Shown in pieces: positions 15,466 to 32,191 of a DNA stretch of 64,000 bases. A model generated the notes under the pieces. That model worked only from the letters and a program-made list of their open reading frames with translations. It did not search any database and was not told the origin of the DNA. Both the position numbers and the translations under genes were made by a program. The stretch lies in NCBI RefSeq assembly GCF_009914755.1, contig NC_060931.1; one strand, written 5' to 3'. Numbering within the stretch: position 1 is the stretch's first letter; every line of letters begins with the position of its first letter. This stretch comes from the human T2T-CHM13v2.0 reference genome, Homo sapiens.

Positions 15466-15787
15466 TCCAGTGTCAATATAGTAGCCACTGGCCACATATG
15501 GCTACTGAGAAATTGATTCAGTCCAAATTGACAGGCGCTGTAAGTGTAAACAGACACCAGATTTTGAATATGGAGCATGAGAATATAATGTAAAAGATAT
15601 TTTTAATTATTTTGTATTAAATACATATTGAAATGAAAAACTGTAGATACAGTGGATTAAATAAAATATATTAAAATTAATTTTGCCTGTTTATTTTTAC
15701 CTCTTTAAAAGTGGCTACTAGGAATTTAACAGAACATATGTCGCTTACATTTGTGAGCTGCATTGTCTTTATATTGGAGAGCATTAT
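15466..15787. mobile_element. MER33-like hAT-Charlie relic
   Basis: CAATATAGTAGCCACTGGCCACATATGGCTACTGAG...GCTGTAAGTGTAAA...GTGGCTACTAG matches recalled MER33/MER3 consensus. Confidence 0.7.
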
Positions 15788-16794
15788 TTTAGAACTATCC
15801 TTTTGTGTGAAGTAAATTAACTGAAACAATATAATCCACTATTGAGTACATTTTGGAAGAGAATAAGGAACTTAAAGTTAAAAGACTGAAGCAAAGTCAC
15901 TCCATCTCTCTGAGCCCTTAAATTCCTATCCACATATGAATCTTTCCTATAGGATTATGATGGTCAAATGGCATAACTCATGTAAAGCAGCCATGTTATA
16001 GGCACTTGATCAAATGACTGTAACTTGTTTTTTCTTTTATTCTAGTGCATATACTCTGGGATGTTTATGAAAAAATCTGCTTTAGGTCACAATTATGTGT
16101 CATACTTCTTTTGCAATTTTGTAAACACTAGCACTATTGCTAGGGTTGAGTGGGTGCTACCTTCTCTATGAGTATATCTATGGTAAAAATCTGTAATTCT
16201 CTAAAATTTGTAGATTTTTTCAACTACATATACATTCCTGTAATTACTGGAAAATTTTATGTATCAAAGCTACATAAGGAAACCTGTCATTACACATTTT
16301 TAATAGTTAAGGTTTAGTATTTTAGAAATTTAAATTATATGAGTGATTATTCATTGATTTTTCATAAACTATCAATTATTAAATATGAAAACAATAATCC
16401 CATAACATGCAATATTTCAAACACCAGATTTGCCACTTACTTATACACTGTCTTATTAAGTTATGTAACTATTGTGTCAATGTGACCGTATCCTCCTTGG
16501 AGGTTGGAACCAAAACATTATCCACTTTTTGTTGATGTTCCCCATGGTACCAATTACAGTACAGAACACATAGTAAATGCTCAATAAATATCCACTAACT
16601 TGAATTGCATATTTAAAAGTTTGCTACATAAAGAAACAATGTTATGATGAGTTGTAAAGAAAAACCAATCTAATGCTTTTATTAGCTTACCATGATATAT
16701 AAAAGAATAGAAAGAAATAGCAATGTACATATCTAAATACACAGTCTGTTGGTATCACTACATTCTATATATTGAAAGGAAGAAATTTACACAC

Positions 16795-16897
16795 CGATGT
16801 AAGTCTTCCATGTTCTTGTCCCACATTGAACATGTTAGTCCAGATCTTGTTTGGGATAAGTTGCCCATATAATTTTTGCCATTCCCACGATAACAAT
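16795..16897 (-). CDS. HGF: HGF exon 10 (103 nt), first half of kringle 4, [34 protein letters not shown]
   Basis: TCTAG|ATTGT acceptor, TCG|GTGTGT donor; manual translation. Confidence 0.97.
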
Positions 16898-17013
16898 CTA
16901 GACATAAAATATACAGAAATAAGTCCAATGAATATCAAGGCAGATAAAACAAAAAGGTTTTTTACAAGTATATGGAATCATGAAATCAACATAAAAATTA
17001 AAGTACTTGAAAG

Positions 17014-17352
<339 letters not shown>

Positions 17353-18318
17353 TCAAATATCTCAGATTAAAAAATCTTTATTTTAAGCCCAGTATCTTCA
17401 TCAAAATAAGGGCTTATGCAAATTCAAATATAACAAATAATAATTTAAAAACAAAATAATTTAAATGAGTGGCCCTTTGGAACAACAAAGAAATAAGAAT
17501 TTTTAGACTAACACATGTATTTCCCAACATTTTCTTCTGAAAAATTTCATTCCATAGAAAAGTAATATAACGAACATTCATCTCCTAGTCACATTCCTTA
17601 TGTTTTGATTTTTGTCTTTTATGACATTGACATTCTGAGTCACCCAAGTCAGCTGTTTTACAAATGCTCTTTAAGTTCATTTTGTTTGATTTATTTTCTC
17701 ATGAATAAAACCAAGTTAAAGATATTTGACAGGAATATTGCATCAGTGATGCTTTGTCCTTTTTAGAGCATAACATCTTGTGACACATGATGTCACTTTG
17801 TTCCATCACTGGTGATGTGTTTGATCACTTGGTTAAGTGGTGCAAAGGAAAAACTCCTCTGTATTTAACAAAAAAATCGGTTGGGGCCTTTGAGTCTGAA
17901 TAAATATCCTAATGCCAAACAAATTTTCACAAAATAGCTTAGGCATACGTTAATGAATTTTGCATGAACCACTTATTGTCATGCTGATGATAAAATGGTT
18001 ATTTTGCTATTTCTAACATTTCTTTGTATTTGTTCGTTAGCATTCTTCTGTAAATAAAAATTTTTCCTTTTCCCTTACCCCATTCATTTAGGTATTAGTA
18101 GTAGAAGTGCTAGCACTAGCTGTAGAAATAGTAAATTAAATGTTGACCAGTGGATTTTCTTTTTATTTAATATGATATATAATCTATTCCTGTTATTCAT
18201 TTTGATGCTCAAATTGTTCCAAATTTGGCCAATGGAAGCCACTTTAAACTGACTCCTGGGTCTCTTACTATGCTCCATGAGGTTTTCTATTTCTCTTTTT
18301 TTAATTGAGCAATTTGTG

Positions 18319-18530
<212 letters not shown>

Positions 18531-18580
18531 TAATCAAAAGAAATGTAGTCAGAAATCAAGTTCTTCAAAAAATATAAGTT

Positions 18581-18926
<346 letters not shown>

Positions 18927-19098
18927 TTAAAAAGAATTATTCTACTTTTAAAAATATTCTATACTTTTAAATAATACCGAACGTTTTTAAAGTGACTTTT
19001 TATATTTAACATTCTTAATTTTTATATGAATGAAAACTGTACATTTGACTATGAAAGGTCATCTGCAAATTTACATCAACGTTAAGATTTTATGCTGG

Positions 19099-19215
19099 GA
19101 AAAATAACTAATGGGTACTAGCCTTAGTACCCGGGCGATGAAATTGTCTGTACAACAAACCCCCATAACACAAGTTTACCTATGTAACAAACCTACACAT
19201 ACATTCCAAAAAAGT
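19099..19215 (+). mobile_element. L1 3' end fragment (older L1PA/L1PB-like)
   Basis: GAAAAATAACTAATGGGTACTAG...CAAGTTTACCTATGTAACAAACC is the L1 3' UTR terminus. Confidence 0.8.
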
Positions 19216-19840
19216 AAAGAATGGAAAATACTCAAGAGCCATAAACAAGAAACTAATGAAATTGTCTACTTGCAATGGTGAGTAGAAAGTAGAAATGGAA
19301 TGGCATGGAAGCAAGAGAAGAGGACACTTCTCTGAATTTACCCTTTCATATAGTATTTACTATTATCCAATGTTAAGGTTTTAAATATTCAAAAACTAAT
19401 ATCCAGAAAGATGAAAATAAAGACAGAAATATGCCTATGGATATATCAAATGTATACCATTAATACAGAGCAAGAAAATCCAGATGATTTTTGGTTACAA
19501 TTTTCTGACTGTATATACTCTCATTAGAATATATTTTAAGACTGAAATAACTGTAAATACATTTTATGATATTGATATAAATATTTAAATTATATTGTTT
19601 ACTGCCTTAAGTATACAATATATAGTATATATAATATGTAGTGTTTTATCAACATTTTAAAGAAATTCTGTAATTTCAGTTTTCATTTTTCTTTAATAGT
19701 GTTTTTAATATCCAGTTGGAAGAATATTTATATATATATTAATTCAGATGTTGCAAGATTTGAAAAATGTTTCCACTCATCTAACTATATGTAGAACTTA
19801 TATTTTCTGTTTTATGGAGAAGGATAAGAGTAACATCTTT

Positions 19841-19975
19841 CATATATATATATAGATAGATATACACACATATAGATATATATACACATATATATATATC
19901 TGTGTGTGTAGATTTATATCTATAGAAAAATACCTAGATCTAAGTAGATAGATCTATCTGTAGATATATCTGTAT
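19841..19975. repeat. Low-complexity (TA)n/(TAGA)n/(CA)n region, quasi-palindromic
   Basis: Direct reading. Confidence 0.8.
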
Positions 19976-20629
19976 TTGAGAATTTAGGCAAGTTACTTAA
20001 ATTCCATAAAACTAATATTTTCACCTATGAATGAATGATCTGATAAGCAATAACATGTTTACCCTCCAGAATCCAAAATTTTCATATTCTATTACCTGAT
20101 CCTTTTTAAGTGACGTATATGTATATAAAATATCTTAATACACACCAAAGGTTTATCAAATAATTGTTTTCCTTTATCACTCACAAATTATTAACAAATG
20201 TTCAAGTAAATGAGACAGGAACACAGAAGACTCAGCTGGTACCAAACTTCCCTTAATCATTGGCTTCAACTTTATTTCTAACTGATCCTTAAAGGAACAG
20301 TGAAATTGACTGAAAAGGGACTCATCCCCTCTTCCCTCTACAACTCTATTTTCAGAGTTGCTCGTGAAGAATGACACTGTGGAAAAAGTTAAAGGATAGA
20401 AGTATGCCTAGGGCAGTAGGTCTATGAGATGGAGCTTTAAATTTGGCTTGGGATTTCAAGGATGATTTAGGGCTAACCACGATCATGACCATCACAATTA
20501 AGTCTATGTGAAATAGAACATGATCATTTAAAAAGGATAACTCTCAATTTACTATACATCAGTAATTCCCAGGATTCAACTTTATTATTAATATTTAACA
20601 AATTATTTCTTTGAAAAATCTACCTTTTA

Positions 20630-20927
20630 AAAAAATTATTTTACGTTCATGGGTACATAGGTAGGTTTGTTATATGTAAATTGTGTGTCACCGGGGTTGG
20701 GTGCATAGATTATTTTGCATGCATATGCATGCATGTTTCTTTATGGTAGAATGATGTATATTCCTTTGGGTATACACCCAGTAATGGGATTGCTGTGTTG
20801 AATGGTAGTTGTGTTTTAAGTTTTTTGAGAAATCTCCATGTGGCTGAATCAATTTACATTCCCAACAGGGGGATATAAGCATTTCCTTTTCTCAGCAACC
20901 TCACCATCATCTATTATTTTTTGACTT
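20630..20927 (-). mobile_element. L1PB-like fragment (3' terminus joined to ORF2 3' region)
   Basis: CCTTTGGGTATACACCCAGTAATGGGATTGCTG...AATTTACATTCCCAAC is L1 ORF2 C-terminal sequence in reverse. Confidence 0.8.
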
Positions 20928-21931
20928 AAAAATCTATTTCAATCTGATTTTACTACCGCTCCCTGAGGCAGTTATCTTCAATGGCATCTATGTTTCCAAA
21001 TGCAATGGTGATTTCCCTCAAACCCCACCATTATCCAGCAGCTACACTGCTAACAACCAGGGTCAAGTCACTCCCATCTGTAGTCTGAATTACTGAAACA
21101 ACCACTTCATTGGTTCTCCTGTTTTAACCCTTGTCAAGAATTCTAGCTATTTTCCGAAATGCAGCCAGAGTGATCCAGTTAAAACTTAGTCAGATTGTGT
21201 AATTTCTCCCTTCAGAGAAGAGTCCTAAGAGTCCTTTCTCTTTCAGAGCAAAAGGGCAAACAATTCCTGAAAGGCTGATGCAATTTTAGCCCAATTGCCT
21301 CTCTAATCTCATCTCCTACTACTCTTCATCTTACTTATTTTGTACTAGCTATAGTGATGTGCTTATTTATTTAACTTTCCCAGAACTCCCTCATCTCACA
21401 CCATTTGCATTTGCAGTTTTCTTTATCTAGAATACTCTTACACATATATGTGCATGGCACATGCTGCTCCCTCACTGCCCTTGGGTCCTTCTTATATGTT
21501 AAGCAAGTAAGATCTTATAGCAAGTAAGATCTTCCCTGAACATTAAAATATAAAAGAGCAGCACCCCTCTTTTCTAACTCTGCGACATTTTTCTCTCTAC
21601 TGCTTATGACAAACTACTGTAATATTCCCATTCTCATTTTTATTTTGCTTATTTTCTATCAGTTGAATATTAGCTCCAGGGGGTCAGATAGCTTAGTTTT
21701 GTTTACTGGTATATCTCCAAGGCTTAGAACTGTGGCTGTCAGTAGCATACACTCAGCTAAATAAATAAATCTTGAGTGAATAAACATAAGAAAAATCCAG
21801 CTTCAAACTTGGTGATTTTGTTTGCAAGCCAGCAAAACCAGTGCAGCAAGAAGTAGATCTTATGCTGTAAAATGTGTCCTCCCTTTAGGCATTTCCCCTG
21901 AATTTAATCATGCCCACCCTGCAGAATGTCA

Positions 21932-22138
<207 letters not shown>

Positions 22139-23025
22139 CTAGAATTCTAGAATGTATGCATGTTTATAAATAGAGTTCTAACTTTTTGGACTCAGAATAG
22201 CTATAACAATTTAATATTCAGTATACATAACTGACTCTGCCCAAATTACTGAAATAAATGCTGTCATATGTTAATATTTTTTTCCTTCCACAGGCCTAGA
22301 GTTTCACCCAAACATTACTGCTTCATAAAAGAGAGAAACGGTACCGCTGCATTCTTCTCACTCAGTCTTAAGATTGAGACTCTCAATTGGTACCATTTCA
22401 AAACATTGGCCTGTTATTTATTACATGTTCATGGCCCACATATTGTGTAGAAACAACACATATCTCTCTTTGTGGAAGAAAGGTTATTATCAATAGTAAT
22501 TAATTACTCTCATTTAAAATGGAAGTTCAATCTATTCAAATATGTGCCACAAAAATATGATAGCTATTTTTCCTTGAGTTCTGCATTTCTTTGATTTATT
22601 TAATTTGATGCATTGATTTATTTTAATTACAAAGCAATTATTTATTGATTTAGAGAGGTTACCTAAAATCTTTATATATATTTCTGTAAAATTAAGGCCC
22701 AGTTATACTATAGAAAAACGAACTATAGAACACATTTTCAATGTAGTACACGTATATTCTTCATTTTACCAGTATTTTAATTAGAAATTTAGAGTTCCTA
22801 ATAAGAAAAAAATCTATGCTAATATTCTCTGTATGTAGAAGACTTTTAATGGTTTTCTATCAATATAAATAAGGTTCACATTAAATAAAATATGGATTTC
22901 ATAATAAATAAAATTTATTAAATATGCTAATTTTAAATAAGTAGGTGCTTTCATTTCATAGATTCCTTTTTAATAACTATATTAATATTCAATCTTTTGG
23001 AAACCACAGTATTTGTATCACTTAG

Positions 23026-23392
<367 letters not shown>

Positions 23393-23714
23393 GAAACTGA
23401 GAAATTTTTAAGGAAGAAGCTTGTGTTGGGTTAGAAAGTCAATAAGTATTAGTCTTATCTCATCAAAGTAAGTCCTGACACAAACTATTATTTAAGGATA
23501 TGAGAACATCGGCCACCAATAATTAAAGCCACTGTATAGTTAAGTGTTCATAACCCATATTCAAACCTTTAGCCTTCTTATAAAATTATTAACTGGAATA
23601 GATGAGACAAGCAATTTATACTTACATTTTTAAAAAAAATCTATGTCAGTATAAAATATGTGTGTTAAATTTTACATGAACTTTGCATACACTTTGGTTT
23701 TATTTTCTATTATT

Positions 23715-23808
23715 TGGTAGAGATGGAGTCACCCTTTGTTGCCCAGGCTGGTCTTGAACTCCTGACCTCAAGCCATCCTCCCGTCTCATCCTCCCAAAGT
23801 TCTGGATT
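23715..23808 (-). mobile_element. Alu monomer / FLAM-like fragment
   Basis: GTTGCCCAGGCTGGTCTTGAACTCCTGACCTCAAG...CCTCCCAAAGT. Confidence 0.75.
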
Positions 23809-25653
23809 GTTCATTTAGACAAGCTAATTAAGTGAAGATCGAGGGCTATCAAAGTCTTAGTTTGGACTGACTTTAACATCTGTATTAGAAGCACCTCAAT
23901 CAATAATCTAGATTAAGCAAGAATGAAAGTCAAGATTTGCCCAGATATTTTTACTAGGTCCTTACTTTTCACTTGAAGAAAGGATGGTTTACAATTACTA
24001 AAGTAAATTGATGATTTTATGATTCATGTCGATTCATCACAGGCAGTGTTGTTCAGTTACAGTGTTCCAAAGATTGCCATTTTTAAGGTCTCAGTACTGG
24101 GGCAAGTGGGCAAGTAATATTTCATGTTTAATGTTTAATAGAGACACGTGACCAGTACGCCCCCTCACTACTGGATCACAAATAGTAAATGGTAAATCAA
24201 TGTCCTGAGAAAAATGTTGAATCAGATTTTATCAGTTTTATAACACCGCACAAGCTTTGTTTCTTAATACTTATGTTTGGTTATTTAAAACAAATAACAA
24301 AATTAAGAAAAGATGGCTTAAATTCTACCAAGATATAACAGGTAACTTCTGATACTTAAGCTTCACTTGTGAAGTCTGTGAATTAAATGTTTATATCCAT
24401 TCTGTTTTTCTTACAGATGAATTTCACTAGGTATCTTTACGTACACAATTTCTTATTGGGTATTACTAGTCATTAGAAGTTAACAAAAATGTGAATGGCA
24501 GTGACACTATCTCCTTTGTCCCTTATAACTAATATTTTCTCTGTTTCTTTGTTTTTTCTACTTTGATATGTATTTCTCAGGTGTGAAACCCATGGGTCAC
24601 GAATAGAGAGTGAATTGCTGTGATGGAAATGAGGGAAATAAACCCAGCATGACAACTGTCAATTTTGTTATTGTAAACTAATGGGAAAAAATCTTAGATT
24701 AATATTTACTATTTAAACAAATAAATTACAGAACTAGCTAAAGCTTGTGCATGCACACACACACATACAACACAAATCTCCCCTCTCCTATGGCGGATGG
24801 GCCAACTAGTGCTCATAGCTCTTCATTCAGAAATGTTAGGCTGTCTTATTAAAAGCCAATTACATAAAGCCAATATATGTTATTTATAGGTGCTATTTCA
24901 GAAAAGCCACTATGAATGATGTGTGTTATTAATTTCAAAAGCAATCACTTTATGTTCCTCATAACAAGGTGGACAATTTAAAAACACATGGCATTGTGTC
25001 TGTGCCTGTCTGCAAAAGTCAAATGGTGTGAAAAGTACCCATAGAGAATGCACAAAACAACTATGTAATTGATACTCAAGGGCAGTTTCTTTGGCTTGAG
25101 TCATCTACACAATTGATTTGCTTCCCCACTTTTCAAAGCAAATCCAGAAACAACTGAACACATTCATTTAAGCTTTGAAAAATTATTTTATTCACAGATC
25201 TTTAAGGCTAATAACTCTTCAGTGGTAGGCCTTTTCTTTCCATTCTTTCGAAAGGAAAAATGTGTAATCCTCCCAAAGCTAATACGAAAATTTAAGAAGG
25301 CAGTATTTTGAAACATGCCTGGCTGCCATGACTATTAACTGATTTACTAAACAGACCCAGAAGAGCAAAACTGTGATCAGAAATCCACCTAGGGATGTGT
25401 TTCCCAAAGCATAGTGAATCTACCCTCTGGATCTGAACCACCTAGGGTCCTTAATGAAATGCATATTTGAGGACCAAATCCCAGATTAAGAGAATCAAAA
25501 TCTCTGAGTGGAGGTGTAATCTGCCTTTTAACTCCTGATTATCACTGGGCACGCTGAAGTTTGATCACTAACACAAAATTAGTAAAAAGTAACCACTCTA
25601 CCTCATTTTCCCCAGGGCCTACTGAAATGTATAACATTTGCCTACTTTACTCA

Positions 25654-25860
<207 letters not shown>

Positions 25861-26152
25861 TTATATAAAATCTTTGAAGATGTCATTTGCCTCTTAGAGT
25901 TCATTGGCATTTGTATTAGCAGATTTTTTTTTCTGTTACTTATAAGCTTTTATAATAATTGAGTGGAATAAGAAATTTAACTTAACATTATTACTAACTT
26001 CATTCCAATTTTCCTTTCATTCAAATCCTAAATTAGTTTTTTCTTGAAAAGTTACTTAAATGCATTTTACCTCCACATGTATAACTTATATATGCTGAAT
26101 ATATAGTGTTTCTGAAATGACTATACAATTATTTCTAAAATCAGCTTGCTTA

Positions 26153-26532
<380 letters not shown>

Positions 26533-29500
26533 TTCTAAGCTAACATGTTAAATATATTTTTAGTCATCTTGTTGACAATAAAGAAAAAATCAGTTATTCC
26601 TAGGAAGATCTATCTCCTGCTTTTTTTCCTAGTCCAACTTCAATGCTTACTATACGTCATGAAGATTTGAAACCCTCAGTCACTAAGTAATAAAAGTATA
26701 AAATTAAATTTTTACCACAATTTGGTCTCTCTCTCTCTCTGTAATGTTTAGTCAATCAAAATGTAACTCAAAACATTCCAGAGCAACTAAAATTCATATA
26801 TCTTCTTAAAACATACATGAAAATGTTTATGGTTTGATAAAAGTGTAAACTTCCCAGCTACCTTTACAATCTAAATGGCCATTCAAGATGCCTCTGGATG
26901 AAACTCAAGTTGGCAGCCTCTAGGACAGTTTAAGATTTGAGTAAATTTCATTGATTTATCCATTTTGGAATTGGATGTACCACTGTACGAAGGACAGGCC
27001 AGAATTAGACATGCTTTCAGTGACTAGGGATGCCTATGAAAGTTTTCTATAGTTAATAGTGTAAATATTTTTAATAGCTTTTAAATTTCATCTAAACACC
27101 TCTCTCATACAAACCATTTCTACCTTATGTAGTTAGTTGAATGCTTTATTTCATTGCATTCTATGAGCTAACCTAGGCAAACTAAACAATAGCTTATGTT
27201 TAGAGTTATTCTACGAAGCTTTGTGAAGAAAGGGAAAACATTACCTTAATGACTACCCTAATTACTGAAATAAGTTGTACTGTGCAAATTTTCAGTAAAT
27301 TCCTTTTAAATAACTTTATTGCAGCCCATTTAAAAAGTGTTTCAATGTTTTGTATATCTGCTTCAGAGAATAGAAATATGACTCAGAAATATCCAAACTT
27401 AAAAAGAAACTCAAATGAAGATGAAAAATGTTCAGTAATTGACCCATAAAGTGGTAACTGAGAGCTGATAGCCTAGAGAATTCATCTATATTGATATTGA
27501 TGATATATATTGATTTTAGGAAGAACAAAAATTATTGGACTTGGGGAAATGGCTTGTATAGAAAAAGTTGATGCTGATTATGCAAGTCTTTTATAATTTC
27601 AATACTATCCAAAGGTCTTTGGTGAAATACAAAATAAGATGGATTTCATAGGTCCTAAGGAACTATATTTCATCAATATAAATGCCATTAAGTTACTCTA
27701 TTTCTGACTATTTGAATTAACTGTTAAATGATATGAGGAAACTGAATGTATGGGGAAAGTCTTAAAAGGTGATAACTCTAAAACAGGTACAAGGTCAAGT
27801 TTGTACTGCTATATTTCATATCTAGTTATAAAACTGATGGGAAAGGAGACAAAAATAAATGTCCTTGGGCATCTATCAGTTCATTAGCTTAACATGCTAA
27901 AAGAAAATTTGGGGGCACAAGCTCTTGGGCAGCAAACTTGTGACCTCAGTCAGGACTAAGTCCTGACAATGGAAGGGAGTTCAGAGTTAGAACAGCCAGT
28001 GTAAACACACTTCCACTAATCTCATAGACTTCATTGTCTGCCTCAGGTACCTCAACTCTTTTACTTTCCTACTTAATTGTATGTGATTTATTTTGATTAT
28101 TTACTACTGAGCCATTCTTCTCAAGCACTACTCTTATGCTGTGCACATAACTCACAGATCCAGTCTTGATGAGTCCAGGTGTCAATCAGTGCCATCTTTG
28201 GCTAGATATGGGTCCATCCATTGCATCTCACTGAGAAACTAGTTCAAGGCTCAGTCCATGAAAAATTAACCCACCACTCCTCGGACACAAGTATGATTTG
28301 CCAGATACCAATCAAGACAATAAATAAAATGAATATAATATTCAGATATGATTAAGGATTCGAACATTGTTGAAATTTCTAAATATGGAAGCAGCTTCAA
28401 AAGGCTGTTTGTTTCCTCTACTATGTGAAGGTAACTTCCTACTGTAAGGATATGCCTGGGTAGGGGTGAGAGAGTAAAATTTTCTGTCTACATTGTCAAC
28501 GTAAGATTAAATACCAACTATCATTTCTAGAGCATGTTATTAGTCAAGGGTGATTCGAATTTCTAAGTAATTTTTCCAAAAATAACATTTTAAAGTTACA
28601 CTCTTACAGAAATGACCCATGATAGTTACAATCTGAAGCAATACTTAGACCCTTAAACTCAGACACAAGTGGAAATATACCTTATAAAAATGGAGACAGT
28701 AAGGTAGACATAGGTTATCACAATTCATTAAAAAATCAATATTTGGCAGGTGCAATGAGCAACTATAAGCAATCACGTGATAATCAGGAAATATTAAGAG
28801 GAATGATAAAAGGTAAATACTGATAAAGGCTAAACATATTCCTAATTTGAGAGCAAATTTTGAAATTTTAAGAACCTCTGTGAAATGAAAGATCTATATT
28901 ACCAAAACCCCAAGTCAAAGAAACGCCTACTTGCTTTAAAATATACAGGAAAATAGTTCACTGCTGATTTATCCACTAAAACTTCAATGTCAATTCAGAC
29001 ATGCATTGTTAGTGCTAATTCTCTACTTCAGCTGGAGGTTTCCAACAAGATTTAATTGAAGAATCTTTCACTTTTAAAAATAGCAATGATATAAATCTCA
29101 TCACTTGAGCTATTATGCTGAATAGGTTTTTTTCTAAACTTTCATTAGCATATTTTAAAGCATTTACTATAAACTTGAAAAGTCATTGAACATTCATTTT
29201 TTAAAAAGTATGTAAAATCATTAAATAAAAACCCAAATGCTGGCTTTGGATTCAATAATTTAAACTATTTAATATATTTTAATTTGGAGACGGAAAATAA
29301 AACCTTTTCAAATTTTTTAAATTATAGAATACAAAGAATTACTGTAATTAATACAAATATAATATTTTACCAAATAAATATAACTTTTTCATTAGGCTTT
29401 ATTAAGATGTAAAGAATCTAAATAATAACATTATTATTTTTCATCTTTTTAAAAATAAATATCCATAACTTTAAAATGTGTATAACTCTAACAACTTAAT

Positions 29501-31742
29501 AGTTTTATTTTTCTTGTGTTTTAATTCATTGGAAATATTTGTCATTATTTTAAACACAAACTAGAGTATTTAGCTAGTATTTTTCTTTAACTCCAAAGTA
29601 CCCTCTGAAATCAGTGCATTGTATTTATTCCCTTTGACATTCAACTGCTAGAAGTCACCCCATAAATAAAAACTACATAATTCTGGTGGCAATGTATAGA
29701 ATAAATAATACAGGCGAATAAAGATATATTAGTACGACAAGGTAACTAAATAGTTTTCATCAATAAATAAGAGTTATTATGAGTCTCCATGAAGCTGTTT
29801 AATAAATATCTGATGAGGACCATGATGAATGATTTGTCCATAGACCATTTAACTGTGATATAAATGTTTGATCTTTGCTGCTCACATACTTACTATTCAA
29901 ACAAAATTAATTATTCCTCGATGGCAGTAAAACAAACTCCTCCTGCAGCCCTGCTGTATAAATATCAAAACTGGGTGTAAAAATAAAACAAATGTTTCAT
30001 GACAATTGATTTGAAGAGGGCTATTAAATGTTGGGAAAGGCATTCCTTTGTACTTAATACTTAACATGGGACCTGAGTAAGGGAGGGTTTTGAAAAGTCT
30101 CCATTGGCCAAACTAAAATGTCAGAAAACACAGAAACATTCCCAAATATCAGCTGAAGTTGATTGTTTAGACAAAGCAACAAGTATTTTAAAATACAGCA
30201 TCCCCCCATACACAAATATTTTTGCAATCATGTCTACCCAGTTAACATTGAAAATATCTGGAACTCTTCTGAGAGTTCCAACAAAGAAAACATTTTGCCA
30301 GGGGTATCAGCAGTGGCTACCCATTGGAAGCAGAAGCAAAGGTATTTATGTAATCATCAGTGGTCTATGAGTAAAGGAATGCTTTCTTTTGATGATTGAC
30401 ACAAAATTTTCTGTTTGGAAATGCTTTAAGTAAAACAACATTTGCTATCGAAATTTTTCACTGTCCTGTTTGAATATGAACAAATACAATGCATGCCTCT
30501 TGGAACATTAATTTCACTTTGCTGGTGTGGTTGTGCTGTGATCTGATTGCTACAAAATTTGGAAGTGAATTTTAAGATTTGAACAGATTTTTTTTGAGAC
30601 AAAGAGTATTCACTGTTGTCTAATTCTTGGTACAACCATCTTGCCTCCCAACAGAGACCAAGAGAACAAGATCACTAATTAGAAAAAAAAATCTGATTAC
30701 TTCTTTCTATAAAGTGCTAGCCAAAGCCTTGCAGAGAGGCCACAGGGCCCTGATAGAGGTCTGAATGGTAACTGGAGAGGAGGAGTGCATAGTATGTTAC
30801 AAACAGGGACACCCAGGGCTCTGTGAGCTTCATATGAATGATAAGTAAATGCTTACATCTACGGTTTTCACCAAACCCACCCTGCCCTCAACATCCCCAC
30901 CAAAAGAAAACCCAGATTTCCCAATGGAGACAAGCTATTGCTTCTCTTTTCCCTATAGCTAAGAATAAGTCAATTCATAGGCTGGTAGACAAATACCCGA
31001 TAACCTCCTGGAGCAGTTCAACCTAACCCACTGCTTCTTCCCAGCTACTAAAGAGCAACTGAAATAGAATTTACTTTATGAAGGTCCCTCGGGATTGAGA
31101 ACAGTGTGTAATAAAGCCACTCTCCCATCAACAATACTTGTGCTCTGTGGGCCATGAAGACCAGGATCCAGCTCATTATAAATTTAAAGAGCTTCTTGTT
31201 TTAAAATTGACATGGGAAAGTAGTAAAGACCTCCAAAATATGAACCTCAAATTGCTTGCATGTTTGCTTTCCATGTGAAGCCAGGATTCATACCTCAAAC
31301 TTTTCCCTGGAATTTATCTAAGCTTTTTCTGGTACAAAATGCTCAGGAGACAAGACTTTCATGAAAGGTCTTCAATTCTATAGCCTTATTCTTTAGAAGA
31401 TGATTTGGAAGAGACATCCAAGTAAAAGATTTTTCCCTTGAAAAAGGGTATTGACGGCATTGTTTTTTTCTGACACAGGACACAAGATTTTATTTCTGTG
31501 AATCTCTATTCTGGCCTTGGATAAATTAGGAAAACTCAAAGAAACAATCAGCTTTGTCTAAGAAAGAAAATAATTTGTAAAAATTATTTTGTAATTGTAT
31601 ACAATTTGTAAAAAATATTTTCTCATCATATAAACACACTGAATTTTAAAAGACGACTATGTTCTTTTAAAGTTATGTCCATGTTCATTGGTTACTAAGG
31701 GAAAGGATTTTTTTGTATATTTGTTTCCAATGGAAACATACC

Positions 31743-32115
31743 TATATTAGTCTGCTCTTGCTGCCATAACAAGGCTGCAGATTTGCTGATTTAAACAAAA
31801 ATAATTTATCTTCTCACATTGCTGGAGGCTAGGAAGTTCAAGACCAAGGTGCTAGACAATTGGGTCCTTGGTGAGGGCTCTCTTCCTCACTTGCAAATGG
31901 TCACTTTCTTGCTATGTCCTTACATGGTAGAAAAACAGAATTCTCTCTTTCTTCCTCTTGTTATAAGGCCTCCGATCCTACCAGATTAAGGCCCACTCTC
32001 ATGACCTCATTTAACATTAATTACCACTTAACAATCCCTATATCTAAATATAGTCACAATGGGAGTTGGGGCTTCAACATATGGATTTGGTGGGAGACAC
32101 AATTCACTCCAGAGC
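31743..32115 (-). mobile_element. MLT1A/B-like MaLR solo LTR
   Basis: TATTAGTCTG...GCTGCCATAACAA...GGAGGCTAGGAAGTTCAAGACCAAGGTG...GGTGAGGGCTCTCTTCCT...CTCATGACCTCATTTAAC...GGCTTCAACATATG. Confidence 0.8.
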
Positions 32116-32191
32116 AATACCTCGAATAGACACCTTAGTTATCAAAGATCTACCCACGTCTCACTTCTAAAGTGTTTCTGGGCACTTAAGT

